Assembly (NCBI GenBank): GCA_964016885.1
Contig: OZ024741.1
Span: 2,914,001-2,978,000, forward strand
Direction: 5' to 3'
Length of the DNA: 64,000 nucleotides
Source: Eledone cirrhosa
Lineage: Eukaryota
In this document: piece by piece, positions 25,501-38,554 of the stretch
Layout: each line of letters opens with the position of its first letter
Numbering within the stretch: position 1 is the first letter of the stretch
Translations under genes and position numbers: made by a program
The notes under the pieces: model-generated
What the model was told of the DNA's origin: nothing
Seen by the model: only the letters and a program-made list of their open reading frames with translations
Databases searched by the model: none

Positions 25501-28089
25501 CTGTCCTGCTCTCATCACAGTATCTTCTCTGAAGACCTTCTACTGTCCAGCTCTCCTCACAGTTTCTTCTCTGAAGTCCTTCTACTGTCCAGCTCACCTC
25601 ACAGTTTCTTCTCTGAGGACCTTCTTCTGTCCTGCTCTCTTCACAGTTTCTTCTCTGAAGACCTTCTACTGTCCAGTTCCTCTCACGGTTTCTTCTCCGA
25701 AGACCTTCAACTGTCCAGCTCTCCTCACAGTTTCTTCTCTGAAGACATTCTGCTGTCCAGCTCTCCTCACACATTCTTCTCTGAAGACCTGCTGCTGTCC
25801 AGCTCTCCTCACAATTCCTTCTCTGAAGACCTTCTGCTGTCCATTTCTACTCACAGTTTCTTCTCTGAAGACCTTCTACTGTCTAGCTCTCCTCACACTT
25901 TCTTCTCTGCAGACCTTCTACTCTCCAGCTCTCCTCATCATTTCTTCTCTGAAGACCTTCTACTGTCCAGCTCTCCTCACAGATTCTTCTCTGAAGACAT
26001 TCTACTGTCCAGCTCTCCTCACTGTTTCTTCTCTGAAGACCTTCTACTGTCCAGCTCTACGAACAGTTTCTTTTCTGCAGACCTTCTACTGTCCAGTTCT
26101 CCTCACACTCTCTTCTTTGAAGACCTTCTACTATCCAGCTCTCCTCACAGTTTCTTCACTGAACACATTCTACCGTCCAGCTCTCCTCACATTTTCTCTT
26201 CTGAAGAACTTCTACTGTCCAGCTCTCCTCACAGTTTCTTCTCTGAAGTTCTACTACTGTCCAGCTCTCCTCACAGTTTCTTCTCCGAAGACCTTCTACT
26301 GTCCAGCTCTCCTCACAGTTTCCACTCTGAAGACATTCTACTGTCCAGCTCTCCTCACAGAGTCTTCTCTGAAGACGTTCTACTGTCCAGCTCTCCTCAC
26401 AGTTTCTTATCTGAAGACCTTCTACTGTCCAGCTCTCTTCACAGTTTCTTCTCTGAAGACCTTCTGCTGTGCAGCTCTCCTCACACTTTCTTCCTTGAAG
26501 ACCTTCTACTGTCCAGCTCTCCTCACAGTTTCCTCTCTGAACACCTTCTACTGTCCAGCTCTCCTAACAATTTCTTCTCTGAAGATCTTCTACTGTGCAG
26601 CTCTCCTCACACTTTCTTCTTTGAAGACCTTCTACTGTCCAGCTCTCCTCACAGTTTCTTCTCTGAAGACCTACTGTCCAGCTCTCCTCACAGTTTCTTT
26701 TCTGAAGCCCTTCTGCTGCCCAGCACTCCTCACAGTTTCTTCTCTGAACACCTTCTACTGTCCAGCTCTCCTCACAATTTCTTCTCTGAAGACCTTCTTC
26801 TGTCCAGCTCTCCTCAAAGTTTCTTCTCTGAAGACCTTCTACTGTCCAGCTGTCCTCACAGTTTCTTCTCTGAAGAGCTTCTACTGTTCAGCTCTCCTCA
26901 CAGTTTCTTCTCTGAAGACCTTCTACTCTCCAGCTCTCCTCACAGTTTCTACTCTGAAGACCTTCTGTTGTCCAGCTCTCCTCACAGATTCTTCTCTGAA
27001 GACCTTCTACTGTCCAGCTCTCCTCACTGTTTCTTCTCTGAAGACCTTCTACTGTCCAGCTCTACGAACTGTTTCTTTTCTGAAGACCTTGTACTGTCCA
27101 GATCTCCTCACACTCTCTTCTTTGAAGACCTTCTACTATCCAGCTCTCCTCACAGTTTCTTAATCTGAAGCCCTTCTGCTGCCCAGCACTCCTCACAGTT
27201 TCTTCACTGAACACCTTCTACCGTACAGCTCTCCTCACATTTTCTTCTCTGAAGACCTTCTACTGTCCGGCTCTCCTCACAGTTTCTTCTCTGAAGTTCT
27301 ACTACTGTCCAGCTCTCCTCACAGTTTCTTCTCTGAAGACCTTCTACTGTCCAGCTCTCCTCACAGTTTCTACTCTGAAGACCTTCTACTGTCCAGCTCT
27401 CCTCACAGATTCTTCTCTGAAGACCTTCTACTGTCCAGCTCTCCTCACAGTTTCTACTCTGAAGACCTTCTACTGTCCAGCTCTCCTCACAGTTTCTTCT
27501 CTGAACACCTTCTACTGTCCTGCTCTCCTCACAATTTCTTCTCTGAAGACCTTCTTCTGTCCAGCTCTCCTCACAGTTTCTTCTCTGAAGACCTTCTGCT
27601 GTGCAGCTCTCCTCACACTTTCTTCTTTGAAGACCTTCTACTGTCCAGCTCTCCTCACACTTCCTTCTTTGAAGACCTTCTACTGTCCAGCTCTCCTCAC
27701 AGTTTCTTTTCTGAAGCCCTTCTGCTGCCCAGCACTCCTCACAGTTTCTTCTCTGAACACCTTCTACTGTCCAGCTCTCCTCACAATTTCTTCTCTGAAG
27801 ACCTTCTTCTGTCCAGCTCTCCTCACAGTTTCTTTTCTGAAGACCTTCTACTGTCCAGCTGTCCTCACAGTTTCTTCTCTGAAGAGCTTCTACTGTTCAG
27901 CTCCCCTCACAGTTCATTCTCTGAAGACCTTCTACTTCCAGCTCTCCTCACAGTTTCTTCTCTGAAGACCTTCTACTGTCCAGCTCTCCTCACAGTTTCT
28001 ACTCTGAAGACCTTCTGTTGTCCAGCACTCCTCACAGATTCTTCTCTGAAGACCTTCTTCTGTCCAGCTCTCCTCACTGTTTCTTCTCT

Positions 28090-30270
28090 GAAGACCTTCT
28101 ACTGTCCAGCTCTACGAACAGTTTCTTTTCTGAAGACCTTGTACTGTCCAGTTCTCCCCACACTCTCTTCTTTGAAGACCTTCTACTATCCAGCTCTCCT
28201 CACAGTTTCTCCTCTGAAGACCTACTGTCCAGCTCTCCTCACAGTTTCTTAATCTGAAGCCCTTCAGCTGCCCAGCACTCCTCACAGTTTCTTCACTGAA
28301 CACCTTCTACCGTACAGCTCTCCTCACATTTTCTTCTCTGAAGACGTTCTACAGTCCAGCTCTCCACACAGTTTCTTCTCTGAAGTTCTACTACTGTCCA
28401 GCTCTCCTCACAGTTTCTTCTCTGAAGACCTTCTTCTGTCCAGCTCTCCTCACAGTTTCTACTCTGAAGACCTTCTACTGTCCAGCTCTCCTCACAGATT
28501 CTACTCTGAAGACAATCTACTGTCCAGCTCTCCTCACAGTTTCTTCTCTGAAGTCCTTCTACTGTCCAGCTCTCCTCACAGATTCTTCTCTGAAGACATT
28601 CTACTGTCCAGCTCTCCTCACAGTTTCTTCTCTGAAGACCTTCTACTGTCCAGCTCTCCTCACAGTTTCTTCTCTGAAGTTCTACTACTTTCCAGCTCTC
28701 CTCACAGTTTCTTCTCTGAAGACCTTCTACTCTCCAGCTCACCTCACAGTTTCTACTCTGAAGACCTTCTGTTGTCCAGCTCTCCTCACAGATTCTTCTC
28801 TGAAGACCTTCTACTGTCCAGCTCTCCTCACTGTTTCTTCTCTGAAGACCTTCTACTGTCCAGCTCTACGAACTGTTTCTTTTCTGAAGACCTTGTACTG
28901 TCCAGATCTCCTCACACTCTCTTCTTTGAAGACCTTCTACTATCCAGCTCTCCTCACAGTTTCTTAATCTGAAGCCCTTCTGCTGCCCAGCTCTCCTCAC
29001 AGATTCTTCTCTGAAGACATTCTACTGTCCAGCTCTCCTCACAGTTTCTTATCTGAAGACCTTCTACTGTCCAACTCTCCTCACAGTTTCTTCTCTGTAG
29101 TCCTTCTACTGTACAGCTCTCCTCACAGATTCTTCTCTGAAGTCCTTCTACTGTCCAGCTCTCCTCACAGTTTCTTCTCTGAAGACCTTCTACTGTCCAG
29201 CTCTACGAACAGTTTCTTTTCTGAAGACCTTGTACTGTCCAGTTCTCCCCCCACTCTCTTCTTTGAAGACCTTCTACTATCCAGCTCTCCTCACAGTTTC
29301 TCCTCTGAAGACCTACTGTCCAGCTCTCCTCACAGTTTCTTAATCTGAAGCCCTTCAGCTGCCCAGCACTCCTCACAGTTTCTTCACTGAACACCTTCTA
29401 CCGTACAGCTCTCCTCACATTTTCTTCTCTGAAGACGTTCTACAGTCCAGCTCTCCACACAGTTTCTTCTCTGAAGTTCTACTACTGTCCAGCTCTCCTC
29501 ACAGTTTCTTCTCTGAAGACCTTCTACTGTCCAGCTCTCCTCACAGTTTCTACTCTGAAGACCTTCTACTGTCCAGCTCTCCTCACAGATTCTACTCTGA
29601 AGACAATCTACTGTCCAGCTCTCCTCACAGTTTCTTCTCTGAAGTCCTTCTACTGTCCAGCTCTCCTCACAGATTCTTCTCTGAAGACATTCTACTGTCC
29701 AGCTCTCCTCACAGTTTCTTCTCTGAAGACCTTCTACTGTCCAGCTCTCCTCACAGTTTCTTCTCTGAAGTTCTACTACTTTCCAGCTCTCCTCACAGTT
29801 TCTTCTCTGAAGACCTTCTACTCTCCAGCTCACCTCACAGTTTCTACTCTGAAGACCTTCTGTTGTCCAGCTCTCCTCACAGATTCTTCTCTGAAGACCT
29901 TCTACTGTCCAGCTCTCCTCACTGTTTCTTCTCTGAAGACCTTCTACTGTCCAGCTCTACGAACTGTTTCTTTTCTGAAGACCTTGTACTGTCCAGATCT
30001 CCTCACACTCTCTTCTTTGAAGACCTTCTACTATCCAGCTCTCCTCACAGTTTCTTAATCTGAAGCCCTTCTGCTGCCCAGCTCTCCTCACAGATTCTTC
30101 TCTGAAGACATTCTACTGTCCAGCTCTCCTCACAGTTTCTTATCTGAAGACCTTCTACTGTCCAACTCTCCTCACAGTTTCTTCTCTGTAGTCCTTCTAC
30201 TGTACAGCTCTCCTCACAGATTCTTCTCTGAAGTCCTTCTACTGTCCAGCTCTCCTCACAGTTTCTTCTC
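28090..30270 (+). repeat. Tandem duplication of a 1091-bp (26-monomer) unit
   Basis: ORF pairs 28112/29203, 28293/29384 and 28772/29863 are all offset by 1091 = 26x42 - 3 + 2 (one 39-bp and two 43-bp monomers). Confidence 0.92.
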
Positions 30271-33200
30271 TGAAGACCTTCTTTGTCCTGCTCTCCTCAC
30301 AGTTTCTTTTCTGAAGACCTTCTACTGTCCAGTTCCTCTCACAGTTTCTTCTCTGAAGACCTTCTACTGTCCAGTTCCTCTCACAGTTTCTTCTCTGAAG
30401 ACCTTCTACTGTCCAGCTCTCCTCACAGTTTCTTCTCTGAAGACCTTCTACTGTCCAGTTCCTCTCACAGTTTCTTCTTTGAAGACCTTCTACTGTCCAG
30501 CTCTCCTCACAATTTCTTCTCTGAAGACCTACTGTCCAGCTCTCCTCACAGTTTCTTTTCTGAAGCCCTTCTGCTGCCCAGCACTCCTCACAGTTTCTTC
30601 TCAGAACACCTTCTACTGTCCAGCTCTCCTCACAATTTCTTCTCTGAAGACCTTCTTCTGTCCAGCTCTCCTCACAGTTTCTTCTCTGAAGACCTTCTAC
30701 TGTCCAGCTATCCTCACAGTTTCTTCTCTGAAGAGCTTCTACTGTTCAGCTCCCCTCACAGTTCATTCTCTGAAGACCTTCTACTGTCCAGCTCTCCTCA
30801 CAGTTTCTTCTCTGAAGTTCTACTACTGTCCAGCTCTCCTCACAGTTTCTTCTCTGAAGACCTTCTACTGTCCAGCTCTCCTCACAGTTTCTACTCTGAA
30901 GACCTTCTGTTGTCCAGCTCTCCTCACAGATTCTTCTCTGAAGACATTCTACTGTCCAGCTCTCCTCACAGTTTCTTCTCTGAAGACCTTCTACTGTCCA
31001 GCTCTCCTCACAGTTTCTTCTCTGAAGTCCTTCTTCTGTCCAGCTCTCCTCATGATTTCTTCTCTGAAGACATTCTACTGTCCAGCTCTCCTCACAGTTT
31101 CTTCTCTGAAGACCTTCTACTGTCCAGCTCTCCTCACACTTTCTTCTCTGAAGACCTGCTGCTGTCCAGCTCTCCTCACAGTTTCTTCTCTGAAGTCCTT
31201 CTACTGTCCAGCTCTCCTCACAGATTCCTCTCTAAAGTCCTTCTACTGTCCAGCTCACCTCACAGTTTCTTCTCTGAGGACCTTCTTCTGTCCTGCTCTC
31301 ATCGCAGTATCTTCTCTGAAGACCTTCTACTGTCCAGTTCCTCTCACAGTTTCTCCTCTGAAGACCTTCTACTGTCCAGCTCTCCTCACAGTTTCTTCTC
31401 TAATGACCTTCTTCTGTCCTGCTCTCTTCACAGTTTCTTCTCTGAAGACCTTCTACTGTCCAGTTCCTCTCACAGTTTCTTCTCTGAAGATCTTCTGCTC
31501 TCCAGCTCTCCTCACAGATTCTTCTCTGAAGACCTTCTACTGTCCAGCTCTGCTCACAATTTCTGCTCTGAAGACCTTCTGCTGTCCATTTCTACTCACA
31601 GTTTCTTCTCTGAAGACCTTCTACTGTCTAGCTCTCCGGACAGTTTCTTCTCTGAAGACCGTCTACTCTCCAGCTCTCCCCACAGTTTCTTCTCTGAAGA
31701 CCTCCTGCTGACCAGCTCTCCTCACAGTTTCTTCTCTGAAGTTCTTCTACTGTCCATCTCTCCTCACAGTTTCTTGTTGAAGACCTTCTGCTGTATATCT
31801 CTCCTCACACTTTCTTCTCTGCAGACCTTCTACTCTCCAGCTCTCCTCATCATTTCTTCTCTGAAGACCTTCTACTGTCCAGCTCTCCTCACAGATTCTT
31901 CTCAGAAGACCTTCTACTGTCCAGCTCTACGAACAGTTTCTTTTCTGAAGACCTTCTACTGTCCAGTTCTCCTCACATTCTCTTCTTTGAAGACCTTCTA
32001 CTATCCAGATCTCCTCACAGTTTCTTCTCTGAAGACCTACTGTCCAGCTCTCCTCACAGTTTCTTTTCTGAAGCCCTTCTGCTGCCCAGCACTCCTCACA
32101 GTTTCTTCACTGAACACCTTCTACCGTCCAGCTCTCCTCACATTTTTTTTCTGAAGACCTTCTACTGTCCAGCTCTCCTCACAGTTTCTTCTCTGAAGTT
32201 CTACTACTGTCCAGCTCTCCTCACAGTTTCTTCTCTGAAGACCTTCTACTGTCCAGCTCTCCTCACAGTTTCCACTCTGAAGACCTTCTACTGTCCAGCT
32301 CTCCTCACAGAGTCTTCTCTGAAGACAGTCTACTGTCCAGCTCTCCTCACAGTTTCTTATCTGAATACCTTCTACTGTCCGGCTCTCCTCACAGTTTCTT
32401 CTCTGAAGGCCTTCTGCTGTGCAGCTCTCCTCACACTTTCTTCTTTGAAGACCTTCTACTGTCCAGCTCTCCTCACAGTTTCTTCTCTGAAGACCTGCTG
32501 TCCAGCTCTCCTCACAGTTTCTTTTCTGAAGCCCTTCTGCTGCCCAGCACTCCTCACAGTTTCTTCACTGAACACCTTCTACTGTCCAGCTCTCCTCACA
32601 ATTTCTTCTCTGAAGACCTTCTTCTGTCCAGCTCTCCTCACAGTTTCTTCTCTGAAGACCTTCTACTGTCCAGCTATCCTCACAGTTTCTTCTCTGAAGA
32701 GCTTCTACTGTTCAGCTCCCCTCACAATTTCTTCTCTGAAGACCTTCTTCTGTCCAGCTCTCCTCACAGTTTCTTCTCTGAAGACCTTCTACTGTCCAGC
32801 TATCCTCACAGTTTCTTTTCTGAAGCCCTTCTGCTGCCCAGCACTCCTCTCAGTTCATTCTCTGAAGACCTTCTACTGTCCAGCACTACTCACAGTTTCT
32901 TCTCTGAAGTTCTACTACTGTCCAGCTCTCCTCACAGATTCTTCTCTGAAGACATTCTACTGTCCAGCTCTCCTCACAGTTTCTTCTCTGAAGACCTTCT
33001 ACTGTCCAGCTCTCCTCACAGTTTCTTCTCTGAAGTCCTTCTACTGTCCAGCTCTCCTCACAGATTCCTCTCTAAAGTCCTTCTACTGTCCAGCTCACCT
33101 CACAGTTTCTTCTCTGAGGACCTTCTTCTGTCCTGCTCTCATCACAGTATCTTCTCTGAAGACCTTCTACTGTCCAGTTCCTCTCACAGTTTCTCCTCTG

Positions 33201-33909
33201 AAGACCTTCTACTGTCCAGCTCTCCTCACAGTTTCTTCTCTGATGACCTTCTTCTGTCCTGCTCTCTTCACAGTTTCTTCTCTGAAGACCTTCTACTGTC
33301 CAGTTCCTCTCACAGTTTCTTCTCTGAAGACCTTCTACTGTCCAGCTCTCCTCACAGTTTCTTCTCTGAAGACCTTCTGCTGTCCAGCTCTCCTCACACT
33401 TTCTTCTCTGAAGATCTTCTGCTGTCCAGCTCTCCTCACAGATTCTTCTGTGAAGACCTTCTACTGTCCAGCTCTCCTCACAATTTCTTCTCTGAAGAAC
33501 TTCTGCTGTCCATTTCTACTCACAGTTTCTTCTCTGAACACCTTCTACTATCTAGCTCTCCGGACAGTTTCTTCTCTGAAGACCGTCTACTCTCCAGCTC
33601 TCCTCACAGTTTCTTCTCTGAAGACCTCCTGCTGACCAGCTCTCCTCACAGTTTCTTCTCTGAAGTCCTTCTACTGTCCAGCTCTCCTCACAGTTTCTTC
33701 TCTGAAGACCTCCTTTGTCCTGCTCTCCTCACAGTTTCTTTTCTGTAGACCTTCTACTGTCCAGTTCCTCTCACATTTTCTCATCTGAAGACCTTCTACT
33801 GTCCAGCTCTCCTCACAGTTTCTTCTCTGAAGACCTTCTACTGTCCACTTCCTCTCACAGTTTCTTCTCTGAAGACCTTCTGCTGTGCAGCTCTCCTCAC
33901 ACTTTCTTC

Positions 33910-34890
33910 TTTGAAGACCTTCTACTGTCCAGCTCTCCTCACAGTTTCTTTTCTGAAGCCCTTCTGCTGCCCAGCACTCCTCACAGTTTCTTCTCTGAAC
34001 ACCTTCTACTGTCCATCTCTCCTCACAATTTCTTCTCTGAAGACCTTCTTCTGTCCAGCTCTCCTCACAGTTTCTTTTCTGAAGACCTTCTACTGTCCAG
34101 CTGTCCTCACAGTTTCTTCTCTGAAGAGCTTCTACTGTTCAGCTCCCCTCACAGTTCATTCTCTGAAGACCTTCTACTTCCAGCTCTCCTCACAGTTTCT
34201 TCTCTGAAGACCTTCTACTGTCCAGCTCTCCTCACAGTTTCTACTCTGAAGACCTTCTGTTGTCCAGCACTCCTCACAGATTCTTCTCTGAAGACCTTCT
34301 ACTGTCCAGCTCTCCTCACTGTTTCTTCTCTGAAGACCTTCTACTGTCCAGCTCTACGAACAGTTTCTTTTCTGAAGACCTTGTACTGTCCAGTTCTCCC
34401 CACACTCTCTTCTTTGAAGACCTTCTACTATCCAGCTCTCCTCACAGTTTCTCCTCTGAAGACCTACTGTCCAGCTCTCCTCACAGTTTCTTAATCTGAA
34501 GCCCTTCTGCTGCCCAGCACTCCTCACAGTTTCTTCACTGAACACCTTCTACCGTACAGCTCTCCTCACATTTTCTTCTCTGAAGACGTTCTACAGTCCA
34601 GCTCTCCACACAGTTTCTTCTCTGAAGTTCTACTACTGTCCAGCTCTCCTCACAGTTTCTTCTCTGAAGACCTTCTACTGTCCAGCTCTCCTCACAGTTT
34701 CTACTCTGAAGACCTTCTACTGTCCAGCTCTCCTCACAGATTCTACTCTGAAGACAATCTACTGTCCAGCTCTCTTCACAGTTTCTTCTCTGAAGTACTT
34801 CTACTGTCCAGCTCTCCTCACAGATTCTTCTCTGAAGACATTCTACTGTCCAGCTCTCCTCACAGTTTCTTCTCTGAAGACCTTCTACTG
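33910..34890 (+). repeat. Dispersed copy of ~27670-28650
   Basis: Offset 6242 (28018/34260 and 28112/34354). Both copies carry the private deletion CTACTTCCAG (~27936, ~34178) and GAAGACGTTCTACAGTCC. Confidence 0.85.
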
Positions 34891-37800
34891 TCCAGCACTC
34901 CTCACAGTTTCTACTCTGAAGTCCTTCTACTGTCCAGCTCTCCTCACAGATTCCTCTCTAAAGTCCTTCTACTGTTCAGCTCACCTCACAGTTTCTTCTC
35001 TGAGGACCTTCTTCTCTCCTGCTCTCATCACAGTATCTTCTCTGAAGACCTTCTACTGTCCAGTTCCTCTCACAGTTTCTCCGCTGAAGACCTTCTACTG
35101 TCCAGCTCTCCTCACAGTTTCTTCTCTGATGAACTTTTTCTGTCCTGCTCTCTTCACAGTTTCTTCTCTGAAGACCTTCTACTGTCCAGTTCCTCTCACA
35201 GTTTCTTCTCTGAAGACCTTCTACTGTCCAGCTCTCCTCACAGTTTCTTCTCTGAAGTCCTTCTGCTGTCCAGCTCTCCTCACACTTTCTTCTCTGAAGA
35301 CCTGCTGCTGTCCAGCTCTCCTCACAGTTTCTTATCTGAAGATCTTCTACTGTCCAGCTCTCCTCACAATTTCTTCTCTGAAGACCTTCTGCTGTCCATT
35401 TCTACTCACAGTTTATTCTCTGAACACCCTCTACTGTCTAGCTCTCCGGACAGTTTCTTCTCTGTAGACCGTCTACTCTGCAGCTCTCCTCACAGTTTCT
35501 TCTCTGAAGACCTCCTGCTGACCAGCTCTCCTCACAGTTTCTTCTCTGAAGTTCTTCTACTGTCCATCTCTCCTCACAGTTTCTTGTTTGAAGACCTTCT
35601 ACTGTCCAGCTCTCCTCACAGATTCTTCTCTGAAGTCCTTCTACTGTCCAGCTCACCTCACAGTTTCTTCTCTGAAGACCTTCTTTGTCCTGCTCTCCTC
35701 ACAGTTTCTTTTCTGTAGACCTTCTACTGTCCAGTTCCTCTCACAGTTTCTTCTCTGAAGACCTTCTATTGTCCAGCTCTTCTCACAGTTTCTTCTCTGA
35801 AGACCTTCTGCTGTGCAGCTCTCCTCACACTTTCTTCTTTGAAGACCTTCTACTGTCCAGCTCTCCTCACAGTTTCTTCTCTGAAGACCTACTGTCCAGC
35901 TCTCCTCACAGTTTCTTTTCTGAAGCCCTTCTGCTGCCCAGCACTCCTCACAGTTTCTTCTCTGAACACCTTCTACTGTCTAGCTCTCCTCACAATTTCT
36001 TCTCTGAAGACCTTCTTCTGTCCAGCTCTCCTCACAGTTTCTTCTCTGAAGACCTTATACTGTCCATCTAATCCTCACAGTTTCTTCTCTGAAGAGCTTC
36101 TACTGTTCAGCTCCACTCACATTTCATTCTCTGAAGACCTTCTACTGTCCAGCTCTCCTCACAGTTTCTACTCTGAAGACCGTCTACTCTCCAGCTCTCC
36201 TCACAGATTCTTCTCTGAAGACATTCTACTGTCCAGCTCTCCTCACAGTTTCTACTCTGAAGACCTTCTACTGTCCAGCTCTCCTCACAGTTTCTTCTCT
36301 GAATTCCTTCTACTGTCCAGCTCTCCTCAGAGATTCCTCTCTAAAGTCCTTCTACTGTCCAGCTCACCTCACAGTTTCTACTATGAGGACCTTCTTCTAT
36401 CCTGCTCTCATCCCAGTATCTTCTCTGAAGACCTTCTACTGTCCAGTTCCTCTCACAGTTTCTCCTCTGAAGACCTTCTACTGTCCAGCTCTCCTCACAG
36501 TTTCTTCTCTGATGACCTTCTTCTGTACTGCTCTCTTCACAGTTTCTTCTCTGAAGACCTTCTACTGTCCAGTTCCTCTCACAGTTTCTTCTCTGAAGAC
36601 CTTCTACTGTCCATCTCTCCTCACAGTTTCTTCTCTGAAGACCTTGTACTGTCCAGTTCTCCTCACACTCTCTTCTTTGAAGACCTTCTACTATCCAGCT
36701 CTCCTCACAGTTTCTTCTCTGAAGATCTACTACTGTCCAGCTCTCTTCACAGTTTCTTCTCTGAAGACCTTCTACTGCCCAGCTCTCCTCACAGTTTCTA
36801 CTCTGAAGACCTTCTACTGTCCAGCTCTCCTCACAGATTCTTCTCTGAAGACATTCTACTGTCCAGCTCTCCTCACAGATTCTTCTCTTAAGACCTTCTA
36901 CTGTCCAGTTCCTCTCACAGTTTCTCCTCTGAAGACCTTCTACTGTCCAGCTCTCCTCACAGTTTCTTCTCTGAAGACCTTCTACTGTCCAGTTCCTCTC
37001 ACAGTTTCTACTCTGAAGACCTTCTGCTGTCCAGCTCTCCTCACACTTTCTTCTCTGAAGACCTGCTGCTGTCCAGCTCTCCTCACAGTTTCTTATCTGA
37101 AGATCTTTCAGCTGTCCAGCTCTCCTCACAGATTCTTCTGTGAAGACCTTCTACTGTCCAGCTCTCCTCACAGTTTCTTCTCTGAAGACCTTCTGCTGTC
37201 CATTTCTACTCACAGTTTCTTCTCTGAACACCTTCTACTGTCTAGCTCTCCGGACAGTTTCTTCTCTGAAGACCGTCTACTCTCCAGCTCTCCTCACAGT
37301 TTCTTCTCTGAAGTTCTTCTACTGTCCATCTCTCCTCACAGTTTGTTGTTTGAAGACCTTCTACTGTCCAGCTCTCCTCACAGTTTCTTCTGTAAAGACC
37401 TACTGTCCAGCTCACCTCACAGTTTCTTTTCTGAAGCCCTTCTGCTGCCCAGCACTCCTCACAGTTTCTTCTCTGAACACCTTCTACTGTCTAGCTCTCC
37501 TCACAATTTCTTCTCTTAAGACCTTCTTCTGTCCAGCTCTCCTCACAGTTTCTTCTCTGAAGACCTTCTACTGTCCAGCTATCCTCACAGTTTCTTCTCT
37601 GAAGACCTTCTACTGTCCAGTTCTCCTCACACTCTCTTCTTTGAAGACCTTCTACTATCCAGCTCTCCTCACAGTTTCTTCTCTGAAGATCTACTACTGT
37701 CCAGCTCTCTTCACAGTTTCTTCTCTGAAGACCTTCTACTGTGCAGCTCTCCTCACAGTTTCTACTCTGAAGACCTTCTACTGTCCAGCTCTCCTCACAG

Positions 37801-38554
37801 ATTCTTCTCTGAAGACATTCTACTGTCCAGCTCTCCTCACAGTTTCTCCTCTGAAGTCCTTCTACTGTCCAGCTCTCCTCACAGATTCTTCTCTGAAGTC
37901 CTTCTACTGTCCAGCTCTCCTCACAGTTTCTTCTCCGAAGACCTTCTTTGTCCTGCTCTCCTCACAGTTTCTTTTCTGAAGACCTTCTACTGTCCAGTTC
38001 CTCTCACAGTTTCTTCTCTGAAGACCTTCTACTGTCCAGTTCCTCTCACAGTTTCTTCTCTGAAGACCTTCTACTGTCCAACTCTCCTCACAGTTTCTTC
38101 TCTGAAGACCTTCTGCCGTGCAGCTCTCCTCACACTTTCTTCTTTGAAGACCTTATACTGTCCAGCTCTCCTCACGGTTTCTTCTCTGAAGACCTACTGT
38201 CCAGCTCTCCTCACAGTTTCTACTCTGAAGACCTTCTGTTGTCCAGCTCTCCTCACAGATTCTTCTCTGAAGACATTCTACTGTCCAGCTCTCCTCACAG
38301 TTTCTTCTCTGAAGCCCTTCTACTGTCCAGCTCTCCTCACAGATTCCTCTCTAAAGTCCTTCTACTGTCCAGCTCACCTCACAGTTTCTTCTCTGAGGAC
38401 CTGCTTCTGTCCTGCTCTCATCACAGTATCTTCTCTGAAGACCTTCTACTGTCCAGTTCCTCTCACAGTTTCTCCTCTGAAGACCTTCTACTGTCCAGCT
38501 CTCCTCACAGTTTCTTCTCTGATGACCTTCTTCTGTCCTGCTCTCTTCACAGTT

